IMG/VR virus record: IMGVR_UViG_3300038393_000622
Coordinates: 1-59,854 of that record
DNA length: 59,854 nt
Origin: a virus
Lineage: Duplodnaviria > Caudoviricetes
Direction: 5' to 3' (one strand)
Part shown: piece by piece, positions 28,093 through 37,225 of the stretch
How the letters are laid out: every line of letters starts with the position of its first letter
Numbering within the stretch: position 1 is the first letter of the stretch
Translations under genes and position numbers: made by a program
Notes under the pieces: model-generated
Database searches by the model: none
The model's input: only the letters and a program-made list of their open reading frames with translations
Told to the model about the DNA's origin: nothing

Positions 28093-30138
28093 ATGAGCGA
28101 CAGCACGACAAAACTTGACCTAGTTTCGACCTCGCAGGCGAATAAGGAAGTCACGGTCAATAACGCACTAGATGCCGCTTCGCCATCAATGCTCTACGGT
28201 CGGCGCGCATCGACATGCGCGGGCCTTACCTGGGGTTACTTTGGGGGTTGCATTCTGGTCGGTGGCTCGCCGCTCGCGGTCGCAAACGGAACCATCACAC
28301 TGTCCGCGTCGAGCACCAACTACATCGAGGCGAATCCGGCAAATGGTGCGGTGTCGAAGAATACCAGTGGCTTCACCCTCGGGCTCGCGCCGCTGTATCA
28401 GGTCGTCACCGGTACCAGCGGCGTCACCAGTTACTTGGACGTTCGCAACGGCCTTGTGGGTGTCGCCGCAATCCTTGGCGACGGTGACAAGGGCGACATC
28501 GTTGTTTCGGGTGGCGGCGCAACGTGGATGATTGACAGTGCCGTCTTGAGTGCGTTCGGGCGCACACTGATTGATGATGCCGACGCGGCGACCGCTCGCG
28601 GGACACTTGGGCTCGGGACCGCTGCGACTCTGGCGATCGACACGGATACAACGCTCACCGCCAACAGCGACAGCAACCTTGCGACGCAGAAGGCGGTCAA
28701 AGCCTATGTCGACAATACCGTCACTGGCGGCGCGGCTGGAGTCATGGTGTTCAAGGGCGTCATCGACTGCTCGGCCAACCCGAACTACCCAGCGGCGAAC
28801 GCCGGTCATGTGTACAAGGTTAGCGTAGCAGGCAAGATCGGCGGCGCATCAGGTGTCGTAGTGGAGGTGGGCGATACCGCCTATTGCATCACAACGGCGG
28901 CATCTGGAACGCAGGCGGCCGTGGGCGCATCGTGGAATATCGCACAGGTGAACATCGACGGGGCAGTGACCGGGCCGGCGAGTTCGACTGATGCCCACAT
29001 CGCCCTGTTCAACGGCGCGAGCGGCAAGGTGATCAAGGACAGCGGTGCGGTGCTGTCGACGGACGGCACTTTCGCGGGAAATAGCGACTCCAATATCCCG
29101 AGCGAGAAGGCAGTAAAGACGTACGTCACAGCAGCCGTGGCAAGTGGTGGCGCTACGCTCACCAACTGGACCGAGGCCGTCAACACCGCAGCGCCGAATG
29201 CCACAATCCCTGTCGTTTCGTTCACCGCTACGAACGCCGCTACGAACGTCGATGCGGTCCTGGCACCCAAGGGGAATGGCTCCAAGGCGGCTCAGATTGC
29301 AGATAGCACGACTACCGGGGGTAACAAGCGCGGACCCTATGCCACTGATTGGCAGAACAGCCGCAGCAGTGCAGGTCAAGTTGCGAGCGGCACCAATTCC
29401 ACTGTCTCGGGCGGCATCAACAACACCGCATCGGGCAATTCGTCAGCTATTACTGGTGGAAATGGAAACACCGCCTCCAACACCACATCCACCGCCGGAG
29501 GTTCAAACTGCACAGCATCCGGCACAAGCTCTACCGCCATTGGTGATACTTGCACTGCGTCGAATGACTATGCATTTGCCGTTGGTTACGGGAATACCGC
29601 GAGTGGGATAACTTCGGTGGCGCTGGGCGGTCGGGGTAATACCGCTGGTGGCGACTATTCGGTTGCGTCGGGCTACTACAGCACCACTCGCGGCATTCGT
29701 GGCGCGCGCTCGCATGCCTCCTATACCTTTGTTGCCGGGAACGACTGGCAGGATATAAGAGTTATTTTGGGTGGGTTCACGACGGACGCGACCCCCAAAA
29801 TTCTAACCTGCGACAACAACGGTGCGGGAACGACGAACCAACTCACCGTTGCCTCTGGCTCGGCATCCACCGTCAAAGGCCTTGTTGTCGCGCGATCCAC
29901 CGCTGGCGACGTAAAAAGCTGGACGTTTGAGGCGTCAATTAAGAACAATAGCGGAACCGTATCGATGGTTGCCGCGTGCACGCCTACAGTAGTAGCGGCC
30001 GACAGCGGGGCGTCTAGCTGGGCCCTCACCGTAACTGCGGATAATACCAATAAAGCAATCGCATTGACGTTCACTGGCGCGGCGTCAACGACCATTAAAA
30101 CCGGTGCCACGCTGACGGCCATTGAAATTAAGGCCTGA
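28093..30138 (+). CDS. Tail fibre / receptor-binding protein
   Basis: QANKEVTVNNAL N-terminus; duplicated NSDSN..(T/S).KAVK.YV modules; TASG..S.A.G beta-roll repeats. Confidence 0.85.
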   Translation: MSDSTTKLDLVSTSQANKEVTVNNALDAASPSMLYGRRASTCAGLTWGYFGGCILVGGSPLAVANGTITLSASSTNYIEANPANGAVSKNTSGFTLGLAPLYQVVTGTSGVTSYLDVRNGLVGVAAILGDGDKGDIVVSGGGATWMIDSAVLSAFGRTLIDDADAATARGTLGLGTAATLAIDTDTTLTANSDSNLATQKAVKAYVDNTVTGGAAGVMVFKGVIDCSANPNYPAANAGHVYKVSVAGKIGGASGVVVEVGDTAYCITTAASGTQAAVGASWNIAQVNIDGAVTGPASSTDAHIALFNGASGKVIKDSGAVLSTDGTFAGNSDSNIPSEKAVKTYVTAAVASGGATLTNWTEAVNTAAPNATIPVVSFTATNAATNVDAVLAPKGNGSKAAQIADSTTTGGNKRGPYATDWQNSRSSAGQVASGTNSTVSGGINNTASGNSSAITGGNGNTASNTTSTAGGSNCTASGTSSTAIGDTCTASNDYAFAVGYGNTASGITSVALGGRGNTAGGDYSVASGYYSTTRGIRGARSHASYTFVAGNDWQDIRVILGGFTTDATPKILTCDNNGAGTTNQLTVASGSASTVKGLVVARSTAGDVKSWTFEASIKNNSGTVSMVAACTPTVVAADSGASSWALTVTADNTNKAIALTFTGAASTTIKTGATLTAIEIKA

Positions 30139-31141
30139 TCGCCGCACCCGTATTCGCAGCGGTTCTGGCATTCGTCATGCGCTGCGCAAGCTTCGCTCCA
30201 TATCGCATGCCGGGCGCCTCTATGAGGCGGTAGGCCGTGATCGCCAAAGCCGCCTGGAGGGCTGCAAAAGCCATTACTCGCCAATACCAAGCTCCGTCAC
30301 CCATGAGTGTCAGCCCCATGGCTGTGATGTGCGTGAGGTAGATCCCGTAGGAGTATCGGGCAACGGTGGCAGCCCCAGCAACAAGAGGACGAAAGGTAAT
30401 TTCCCGGCATAGTGATATGACGATTCCTGTCGACAGACAAAGCAGCCAGAAGAGGGGCATGTACTTGAAGTCGCTAAGGCCACACCAAGCGATCAACGCA
30501 ACGCCGATTCCGACCACCGAAAAGAGAACCCAAGGCCCGACGAACGGCTGGGTGCGAATCGAGAGAAAGTAGGCAAGCGCCCCAGCGAGGAAGCAGGGGG
30601 TGAAACCGATGAAGATGGGGTATATGGAGGTTGCCCATAGCCCAGCCGCAAGCGCCAATGCGGCCAAATACACCGTCAACATGCGGCTAATCGACCTGCG
30701 CGCGAAGACGAACAGTGCCGGTAGGAACAGGTACATGAGCAATTCGTATGGAAGCGTCCACAGTGGCGTCGGCCATGATCGGAACCCGGTGAATGTTTGC
30801 ACGAGCAACAGATTGCTCCACAGTTCCGCGGCCCCGAGCGGCTTGCCGCCGATCCAAAGCATGGATGCCATGAATAAGACGACGATGATCGAGAGCGGGT
30901 AGATCCTGAATACTCTTCGAAGCAAGAAAGGGGCGAAAGCAGCCCCGTGTCTCTCCAAAGACATCATCAGGACCAGCGTCGTGTGCACGAAGAACAGCGC
31001 CACGCCAGCACGTCCGATTGCTTCGCGAGCCCCGCGATCGGCTAGAAAAGCAAACCCATTGAAGTAGTCATGGAGATGACTGAGAAGGACTAGGCCCACG
31101 GCAAGTGATCGCAGCAGATCCAGATTTGGGCTTTCTTTCAT
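30128..31141 (-). CDS. Acyltransferase-3 family membrane O-acyltransferase (OafA-like moron)
   Basis: LDLLRSLAV..V..SH, LFFVH, FLLRRVFRIYP, LWTLPYE..MY, SYGIYLTH, IEAP; many TM segments; opposite strand to the late operon. Confidence 0.92.
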   Translation of the reverse strand: MKESPNLDLLRSLAVGLVLLSHLHDYFNGFAFLADRGAREAIGRAGVALFFVHTTLVLMMSLERHGAAFAPFLLRRVFRIYPLSIIVVLFMASMLWIGGKPLGAAELWSNLLLVQTFTGFRSWPTPLWTLPYELLMYLFLPALFVFARRSISRMLTVYLAALALAAGLWATSIYPIFIGFTPCFLAGALAYFLSIRTQPFVGPWVLFSVVGIGVALIAWCGLSDFKYMPLFWLLCLSTGIVISLCREITFRPLVAGAATVARYSYGIYLTHITAMGLTLMGDGAWYWRVMAFAALQAALAITAYRLIEAPGMRYGAKLAQRMTNARTAANTGAAIRP

Positions 31142-31292
31142 GTTCAGGCACCGAAAGAGTAAGCATCAAATATTAGACCGATTTGCAGTCAGTTTGTGAG
31201 TTGCGGTCACTGTTCTTTTAGTCAGTTGTTTTTCTGCCGGCCAAGCCGGGCTTTACCCAACCACCGCCACGGCGGGAGAAGTGAAACGTAAC

Positions 31293-31320
31293 AAGCCGCC
31301 TTGAGCGGCTTTTTCTTTTT
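31293..31320 (+). terminator. Intrinsic terminator-like hairpin
   Basis: AAGCCGC-CTTGA-GCGGCTT followed by a T-run. Confidence 0.55.
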
Positions 31321-31331
31321 CTAGGGCCGCC

Positions 31332-31607
31332 ATGGATCCCGATCTGCAGCGTCTTGTCTTCATCGCCCTACAGGGTTTGGTCACCATCCTTTGCGCTGTG
31401 CTGTGGTTCCTGTTTCGCGAGGCGAAGACAAGGGCCGAGGCCACTGCCAGGGAATTCGCGGAGTACAAGGTGCACATTGCCGAGAACTACGTGACCCATG
31501 CCGACTTGACGAAAGCCATCGATGCTATCAGCCGCTCTATCGAAGCGGTTTTCGCCAAGCTGGAGCGGATCGAAGACAAGCTCGATAAGAAGGCAGATAA
31601 GACATGA
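31332..31607 (+). CDS. Putative holin/antiholin-type protein (one TM plus coiled coil)
   Basis: Coupled directly to the endolysin. Confidence 0.55.
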   Translation: MDPDLQRLVFIALQGLVTILCAVLWFLFREAKTRAEATAREFAEYKVHIAENYVTHADLTKAIDAISRSIEAVFAKLERIEDKLDKKADKT

Positions 31608-32095
31608 ACTTCGATCAGGCTTTTGCGACCATCGCGAGCCCCGATGTCGAGGGAGGCTACTCTGACCGCGACAAGGCGGCGGACCCGGGAGGCAAGACTA
31701 ACCACGGCATTACGGAAGCCGTGGCGCGCGCTTGGGGCTACAAGGGCGACATGCGCGACCTGCCGTTCGAGACCGCCAAGGCCATTGCGAAGGCGTGGTA
31801 CTGGGATAAGTACCAGTGCGACCAGTTCGACCCGCGCATCGCGTATCAGATCTTCGATACGGCGTACAACGGCGGCTTCCCGGTCAAGTGGTTGCAGGAG
31901 TGCGTCGGCGCCGTTCCGGATGGTGTCATTGGGGCCAAGACCATCGCCGCTGTGCGTGCGGCCGATGTCTGGAAGGTCATCGCGCTATTCAATGCTAAGC
32001 GCCTGCGGTACATGGTCAGCCTGAACAACTGGCCGCAGAACGCCGGCGGGTGGGCGCGGCGCGTCGCGGACAACATGACGCGGGCGGCTGCATGA
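31604..32095 (+). CDS. Endolysin, glycoside hydrolase 108 with PG-binding domain
   Basis: EGGYS..DPGGKTNHGIT, DGVIGAKT, GWARRV. Confidence 0.93.
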   Translation: MNFDQAFATIASPDVEGGYSDRDKAADPGGKTNHGITEAVARAWGYKGDMRDLPFETAKAIAKAWYWDKYQCDQFDPRIAYQIFDTAYNGGFPVKWLQECVGAVPDGVIGAKTIAAVRAADVWKVIALFNAKRLRYMVSLNNWPQNAGGWARRVADNMTRAAA

Positions 32096-32553
32096 ATGAG
32101 CACGAGCAAAAGCGCACGCTGACGATTGATGTCTTCATCCCAAACCATCCGGACCGGACAAATACGCCGATCTTCGAGGCGACCCGCCGCAAGCTGATCA
32201 CCCACAACCCTGATGCGCGTTGCGCCGTTGGTAACGGCCACTGCGACCACGGGAACCCGCTGGAGCTGCACCACCGGCATGTCGAGTGGTGCGACAGCCT
32301 GGGCGTGGATTGGGAGCGCGTGAAGCTGGTGGCGCCGGACTTCGACTGGTCGACCTTCGATCCCAGCAAGCCGGACACGTTCATCGACAGCGAGCACAAC
32401 GCCAACCTTGTGCTGTGCAAGAAGCACCATACCGGCCTCGGCCACGGCATCCATTGCATGGACGGCCCGACATGGCAGATGCAGATGATCCAGCGCGAAG
32501 ATTTCGTTTTCTCCCCCGACGAAGCACCCAAAACTGAAGGAGTATCGAAGTGA
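32092..32553 (+). CDS. HNH-like zinc-binding protein
   Basis: CAV...C...LELHH...NLVLCKKHH...GIH. Confidence 0.6.
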   Translation: MNEHEQKRTLTIDVFIPNHPDRTNTPIFEATRRKLITHNPDARCAVGNGHCDHGNPLELHHRHVEWCDSLGVDWERVKLVAPDFDWSTFDPSKPDTFIDSEHNANLVLCKKHHTGLGHGIHCMDGPTWQMQMIQREDFVFSPDEAPKTEGVSK

Positions 32554-33077
32554 ACACGAAAGTCATCTTCCAGACCATCATCGGCGCCGCCGGCTATATC
32601 GGCTGGGCCGTAATGGCCTTCCTCGATCCGACCCTGCGCGCCGACTTCCTGCACTTCAACATCGCGATGGCGGTGGGCACGATCGGGCTGGTGCTGCGCG
32701 ACATGAAATCCAGCGACCAGCCGTCGGCGCCGAAGGAGGGCGGCTTCGCGCGTTTGCCGATGCTGGGCGTGCTGGGCGCGGCCGCGGTGCTTGCGGCATG
32801 CCAGACGATGCCAGGCGCGACTCCCGCCCAAAGTACGCAAGTGACTTCGACGCAGGCCTGCGCAAGCTGGGGTGCCGCCTTCGATGTCGCCCTACAGCTT
32901 CGCAAAGCCGGGAAGCTGAACCGTGCCCAAATCGACCAAATCACGCTGCTGGACTCCCAGGTGACGCCAATCTGTACCGGCCCGATGCCGACCGACCCGG
33001 ATACGGCAGCCAAGCAAGTGACCGCCGCCGTGACCACGCTGACCATCCTCGAACTTGCCGCCAAGGAGGCGAAATGA
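32550..33077 (+). CDS. Membrane protein with an internal lipobox (lysis accessory)
   Basis: Two TM segments, then GGFARLPML...VLAAC; paired Cys. Confidence 0.6.
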   Translation: MNTKVIFQTIIGAAGYIGWAVMAFLDPTLRADFLHFNIAMAVGTIGLVLRDMKSSDQPSAPKEGGFARLPMLGVLGAAAVLAACQTMPGATPAQSTQVTSTQACASWGAAFDVALQLRKAGKLNRAQIDQITLLDSQVTPICTGPMPTDPDTAAKQVTAAVTTLTILELAAKEAK

Positions 33078-33349
33078 CCACCGCTACCGACATCGCGCAG
33101 ACTGCGCTGCAAACTGCCGCAGGCCTCGCGCCTACCTTGGCCGCAACGGATCCGCGCGTCGCCGCCATCGTCGCGCTGTCGCCGCTGGCGCTCCAACTGC
33201 TGCAGATGGCGACGCAGGCGCAGCAGGCGGGGCTGCTCACGCCGGAGCAACTGGCTACCATGTGGATCGACGTTGGCGCGGGGCTGCAATCGACCCATGC
33301 CCAGTGGGCGGCTATGAACGCTGCTGATGCTGCGAAGGCGGCGCAATGA
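33074..33349 (+). CDS. Hypothetical protein
   Basis: AAGGAGG RBS; ATGA coupling. Confidence 0.6.
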   Translation: MTTATDIAQTALQTAAGLAPTLAATDPRVAAIVALSPLALQLLQMATQAQQAGLLTPEQLATMWIDVGAGLQSTHAQWAAMNAADAAKAAQ

Positions 33350-33660
33350 GATTGGTCGACTTGAATCCCGAGTGGTGCGGAAGCGGTGGTGTGGGCGTGA
33401 CCAGTACCGCGACCGGCGAGCCAATCCCACGCCGCGAACGCACAAGCATCCTGCTCGACTGCCCTTGTGGCTGCGAGCACCGCTTGCACGTGCCGTTTGC
33501 CAATCCTCCCGATGGCCTGGGCCCGCTTTACCCTGGCTACGGTTGGCAACGTACTGGGGAAACGTTCGAAGATCTGACTCTTACGCCATCAATCCAGCGC
33601 GAGCTGCCGGCGCGATGCTGGCATGGCTTCATCACCAACGGCGAAGTGATAACGGTATGA
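33346..33660 (+). CDS. DUF6527-like metal-binding protein
   Basis: CPCGC...LTLTPSI...CWHGFITNG. Confidence 0.7.
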   Translation: MRLVDLNPEWCGSGGVGVTSTATGEPIPRRERTSILLDCPCGCEHRLHVPFANPPDGLGPLYPGYGWQRTGETFEDLTLTPSIQRELPARCWHGFITNGEVITV

Positions 33661-34085
33661 GCGCCTTTCTCACGCCGCTGGACATGCGCCTGATGCGTGA
33701 TGCGAGCGGCCTGCCACTGCTGACGAGGCAGGGCAGGCAGTTGTACCAGCTGCTCGCTCCTTTCCGCTATCAGTCGGACGTCGCGGGCCTGGTGGAGGTG
33801 CCGGAAGGCTTTGTCACCGACTTGGCGTCATTCCCCCAATGGGCGCTCGCGCTCCTGGGTGATATCGGGCAGCAACCTGCGGTTCCGCACGACTTCATCT
33901 ACAACATGCACACCGTGCCGCGGGAAACCGCCGACGCGATGCTGTACGAAGCCTGCCTCCTGACCGGCGTGCCGCGCTGGAAGGCATGGTCGATTTACAT
34001 CGGCGTCCGCATCGGAGGCGCCTCGCATTGGAATCCCTCACCCGACGAGGTGAATCATGCGCAGCAAAAAGAGCCAGCAGCTTGA
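33657..34085 (+). CDS. DUF1353-like protein
   Basis: VPEGFVTDLASFP...HDFIY...R..AD..L...Y.GVRIGG. Confidence 0.8.
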   Translation: MSAFLTPLDMRLMRDASGLPLLTRQGRQLYQLLAPFRYQSDVAGLVEVPEGFVTDLASFPQWALALLGDIGQQPAVPHDFIYNMHTVPRETADAMLYEACLLTGVPRWKAWSIYIGVRIGGASHWNPSPDEVNHAQQKEPAA

Positions 34086-34266
34086 CCAACGCACTTGCGA
34101 AGGGTGTATTCACTTCCGCCTTCCCGATCCTAGCGACGAGATCGGCGTATGCCATCGCTACCCGCGCGTCTGGATCATGCGAGATGACAAAGGTGGCGGC
34201 TGGGCATACCCCGAGCAGCACACCAATGACGAAGGCTGCGGTGAGTTCTCCCGCCTCACGCACTGA
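34057..34266 (+). CDS. Small Cys-rich protein
   Basis: CEGC...GVCHRYP...CGEF. Confidence 0.55.
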   Translation: MRSKKSQQLDQRTCEGCIHFRLPDPSDEIGVCHRYPRVWIMRDDKGGGWAYPEQHTNDEGCGEFSRLTH

Positions 34267-34274
34267 GGTCAAAT

Positions 34275-35507
34275 ATGCCAGTCGAACAGACCATCGTGGA
34301 CCCGCGGCTCGCGGAATGGGCGACGCCCACCCAAAAAAGATATCTGGAGGCTGTAATCGAGCACGGTAGCGGCGGGAAGGCCGCTGCTGCACTCGGTGTC
34401 AGTAAGAACACAGTGAATGATTCCCTGGCACGTCTAAAGCACGCGGCCGCTATGAAGGGCTATGCGCCTGAGTATGATTTGGTGCATCCGGTGGCACCGG
34501 GGCAAACTCTTGCCGGTGCGTCGACCTTATATAAAGACGGCAAGCCCGTCATGGGATGGGTTAAGTCGCGCGCCTCGCACGACGCCTTCGTGGCACTTAT
34601 CAAAGAGGTGGCGCAAGGATTTGTCGAAGACATCGGGCCGATGACTGCGCCGCCGGCACCGCTCGACTTCCAGGCCGATGTCATTCCGTGGATTCAGATA
34701 GGGGATGCGCACCTCGGGATGCTGGCGCACGCCAACGAAGTCGGGGAAAACTTCGATCTTAAGATTGCCGAGCAGGAGATCTGTGCGGCGATCGGCATTC
34801 TGATTGACGAATTGCCGTCGTGCGAGCGCCTGGTGCTGAACGACCTGGGCGACTTCACGCACTACGAGAACTTCGAAGGGGAGACTCAAGCCAGCCGGAA
34901 CCGTCTGGACTGCGACACCCGCTTCCCGAAGATGATCAAGGTCTACTCACGGGTCATGCGCTTCATTGTCGAGAAGGCCCTGACAAAGGCGCGGCACGTT
35001 GACGTCATCGTGAACCAGGGAAACCACAGCCGAACGAACGATATCTGGATGGCAGAGCTCCTACGTGTGGCCTTCGGGCACACTGGTCGCGTCCACGTCC
35101 TGAATAACGATTCGGCGTTCATCGCCTACCGCATGGGGAACACGCTGGTGATGACGCACCACTCGGATAAGTGCCGTCCGGCGCAGCTAGCCCATGTCAT
35201 GACGACCGATTTCCGCAAGGACTACGGCGAGACCGAGTTTCACTACGTCGACATCGGGCACGTCCATCACTGCATGGTGACGAAGGAGCACCCGGGCATA
35301 TTCGTGGAGTCGTTTAACCACTTGGCAGCGCTTGACAAGTGGGCGCATGACGCAGGCTACCGTAATCGGAAGTCGATCACGATCGTGTTGCGCTCAAAGC
35401 AATACGGCGAAGTCGGGCGCCGGGTTCTACCCATTCAGGAAATCCGCGCTAGGCTCGGAAGGGCGGCTCTTGCCGGCCCCGAGTCACGCGAAGTGTTCAC
35501 AGTCTGA
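34275..35507 (+). CDS. Calcineurin-like metallophosphoesterase with N-terminal HTH
   Basis: GDAH, GDFTH, GNHS, THH, GHVHH; KAAAALGVSKNTV HTH. Confidence 0.85.
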   Translation: MPVEQTIVDPRLAEWATPTQKRYLEAVIEHGSGGKAAAALGVSKNTVNDSLARLKHAAAMKGYAPEYDLVHPVAPGQTLAGASTLYKDGKPVMGWVKSRASHDAFVALIKEVAQGFVEDIGPMTAPPAPLDFQADVIPWIQIGDAHLGMLAHANEVGENFDLKIAEQEICAAIGILIDELPSCERLVLNDLGDFTHYENFEGETQASRNRLDCDTRFPKMIKVYSRVMRFIVEKALTKARHVDVIVNQGNHSRTNDIWMAELLRVAFGHTGRVHVLNNDSAFIAYRMGNTLVMTHHSDKCRPAQLAHVMTTDFRKDYGETEFHYVDIGHVHHCMVTKEHPGIFVESFNHLAALDKWAHDAGYRNRKSITIVLRSKQYGEVGRRVLPIQEIRARLGRAALAGPESREVFTV

Positions 35508-35510
35508 GCC

Positions 35511-35699
35511 ATGAACCGCCCATGTAAGTGTGGCTCCGTTCCTGTGTTCAAGGAACGTGAACAGTACGGAATAATGATCATGCGCCTCGAATGCGCATGC
35601 GGAAACCACGGCGCCACGCTGTTCTACGTCAAACCGGAGGATCGGCTAAGGATGGCCCAGGCGGCGTGGGACGGCTGGAATCTGGCCGGGAGCCAGTGA
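35511..35699 (+). CDS. Small Zn-ribbon (Lar-like) protein
   Basis: PCKCG...CACG...WN. Confidence 0.5.
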   Translation: MNRPCKCGSVPVFKEREQYGIMIMRLECACGNHGATLFYVKPEDRLRMAQAAWDGWNLAGSQ

Positions 35700-35700
35700 G

Positions 35701-36348
35701 CTACCGTTTGTGCTTGAACCGCTTCGGCGGCACCGCGCCCGGGCGTTTGAGCTTGAACCAGTATCTCGTTCGCTCGCCCGGCACGTATGGCGAGTCAGCT
35801 ACCTTGCCCACCACTCCCTCCAGTTCCAACACGAGCGCCTGCGCGTAGAGCCACGAGATGGGATTCTCGACCATTGCGGCATCGATGTGTCTGGCGAATA
35901 GAATATGCGGCCGCTCTGGCGCCAGCAGTTGCCCAAGCTCGAACTTGCGGTCAACCAGCTTCTCGCTCATGACGACCCTGCCATCGGACACCAATAGGTC
36001 AAATGCACAGTAGGTGACCGCGGCGTCACCAGATCTCCAGCCTTTTCGCTTCGCTCGTACCTGCAGTGCCTCGAAATCCGTTCGGCCAACTTGGTCGAGT
36101 ATCGCAATTTCGCCATCAATAATCGTTCGCCCGCCGCGTAGCGTCGCGAGTGAATCGACCACCTCCGGAAACCACTTCGTGCAATCAACGCCGTTGCGCG
36201 TCTTGAGGATGCACGGCCCATCACCTACCTGCGCAAGTACTCGGTAGCCATCGTACTTGATTTCAGCCACCCATCCAGCCTGGTCCGATGGCGGCATCTT
36301 CCGCTGATCGAGCCGCATGGGCTCGATATCCCATATGGATGGGTCCAT
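35701..36348 (-). CDS. ATP-dependent DNA ligase, adenylation domain only
   Basis: EIKYDGYR (motif I), DGEI, AFDLL, EGVVGK, Y.PGER..WFKLK. Confidence 0.88.
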   Translation of the reverse strand: MDPSIWDIEPMRLDQRKMPPSDQAGWVAEIKYDGYRVLAQVGDGPCILKTRNGVDCTKWFPEVVDSLATLRGGRTIIDGEIAILDQVGRTDFEALQVRAKRKGWRSGDAAVTYCAFDLLVSDGRVVMSEKLVDRKFELGQLLAPERPHILFARHIDAAMVENPISWLYAQALVLELEGVVGKVADSPYVPGERTRYWFKLKRPGAVPPKRFKHKR

Positions 36349-36596
36349 TACTTATCCCAATATGGGCCGATGACTTTGCGCGGAGCCGTCCAGAAAAGAA
36401 CAAGAATTCCACCACCAACGATGCCGATGTCTGACAGATTGGCACCAAGGCGGCTATAGTGAAAGTACAAAGAACCGTAGGCTATGAGACCTACCGTTAG
36501 CAGAATCCAACCAATAATCGATAACAGGCAATATGACACCAAAATCTTTCCAGAAGAGGTGTTTTTCACGACCAAGTAATTGATAAGATCATTCAT
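36348..36596 (-). CDS. Small AT-rich two-TM membrane protein
   Basis: MNDLINYLVV... with two hydrophobic stretches; low GC. Confidence 0.45.
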   Translation of the reverse strand: MNDLINYLVVKNTSSGKILVSYCLLSIIGWILLTVGLIAYGSLYFHYSRLGANLSDIGIVGGGILVLFWTAPRKVIGPYWDK

Positions 36597-36668
36597 CGAA
36601 CGAACGCCCAAGGATGGTAGGAGCGGGATCGCTGTATCGTAGCGCAGATAAGACATTGAGGGGGCAAG

Positions 36669-36902
36669 ATGAGTGACGCGTCTGGATTTATTGCGAACGC
36701 TGAGCGAGACGGGATCCTGGTAGATCGAATTAACCGCGCCCTCCACGGAATGTGTCTGTACGACGGACGCAAGATTCTCATGGAAGGCGAAGAGCTGGAG
36801 GTGGACTTGTCGTCCGAGATGGAAGGCCTGAAAGAGGCGTTGCGGTTGCTGTCGATCGACCCCGGCGAAGTGCTGCCGGCGCCGCGCTTTCCGAGGGGCT
36901 AG
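36669..36902 (+). CDS. Hypothetical protein
   Basis: GAGGGGG RBS. Confidence 0.55.
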   Translation: MSDASGFIANAERDGILVDRINRALHGMCLYDGRKILMEGEELEVDLSSEMEGLKEALRLLSIDPGEVLPAPRFPRG

Positions 36903-36926
36903 TGGGACGGTGCTAGACTTTCCATC

Positions 36927-37214
36927 ATGAGAGCTACAGTTACCCGCCTTCGCGAGCGCGGCAAGCGCCGCCATGACCACACCATCAATTCGGACCCGGG
37001 CGTGACCGGCGATATGACGCTGGCACAGGTGTCCGGCGTCTACCAGCTTGAGATTTACGAGGAAAACAATCAGCAGATGAAGCGGCTGATACCGACTTTG
37101 TACGAACCGCAGGTGGTGACTATGCACGGCAGCATAATGCTGTGGCGTGGCGTTGAGAGCGTGGACGGCGCCGGGTATGTACAGGAGTGGAGAGCGGTTG
37201 TTGAGCCGCTTTGA
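36927..37214 (+). CDS. Hypothetical protein
   Basis: VTRLRERG...LIP.LYEPQ...RG.E...YVQEW pattern. Confidence 0.6.
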   Translation: MRATVTRLRERGKRRHDHTINSDPGVTGDMTLAQVSGVYQLEIYEENNQQMKRLIPTLYEPQVVTMHGSIMLWRGVESVDGAGYVQEWRAVVEPL

Positions 37215-37225
37215 TCACGTAAAAA

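Noticed and set aside
28093-30138. Tail fibre as an additional DGR target
   Set aside because: No TR-like sequence or CLec-type C-terminus is visible in the fibre or other tail genes.
36632-36647. LexA box CTGTATCGTAGCGCAG upstream of 36669
   Set aside because: One mismatch in the conserved ACAG half and a GC-rich spacer make it too weak to call. I saw no good SOS box upstream of the candidate antirepressor either.
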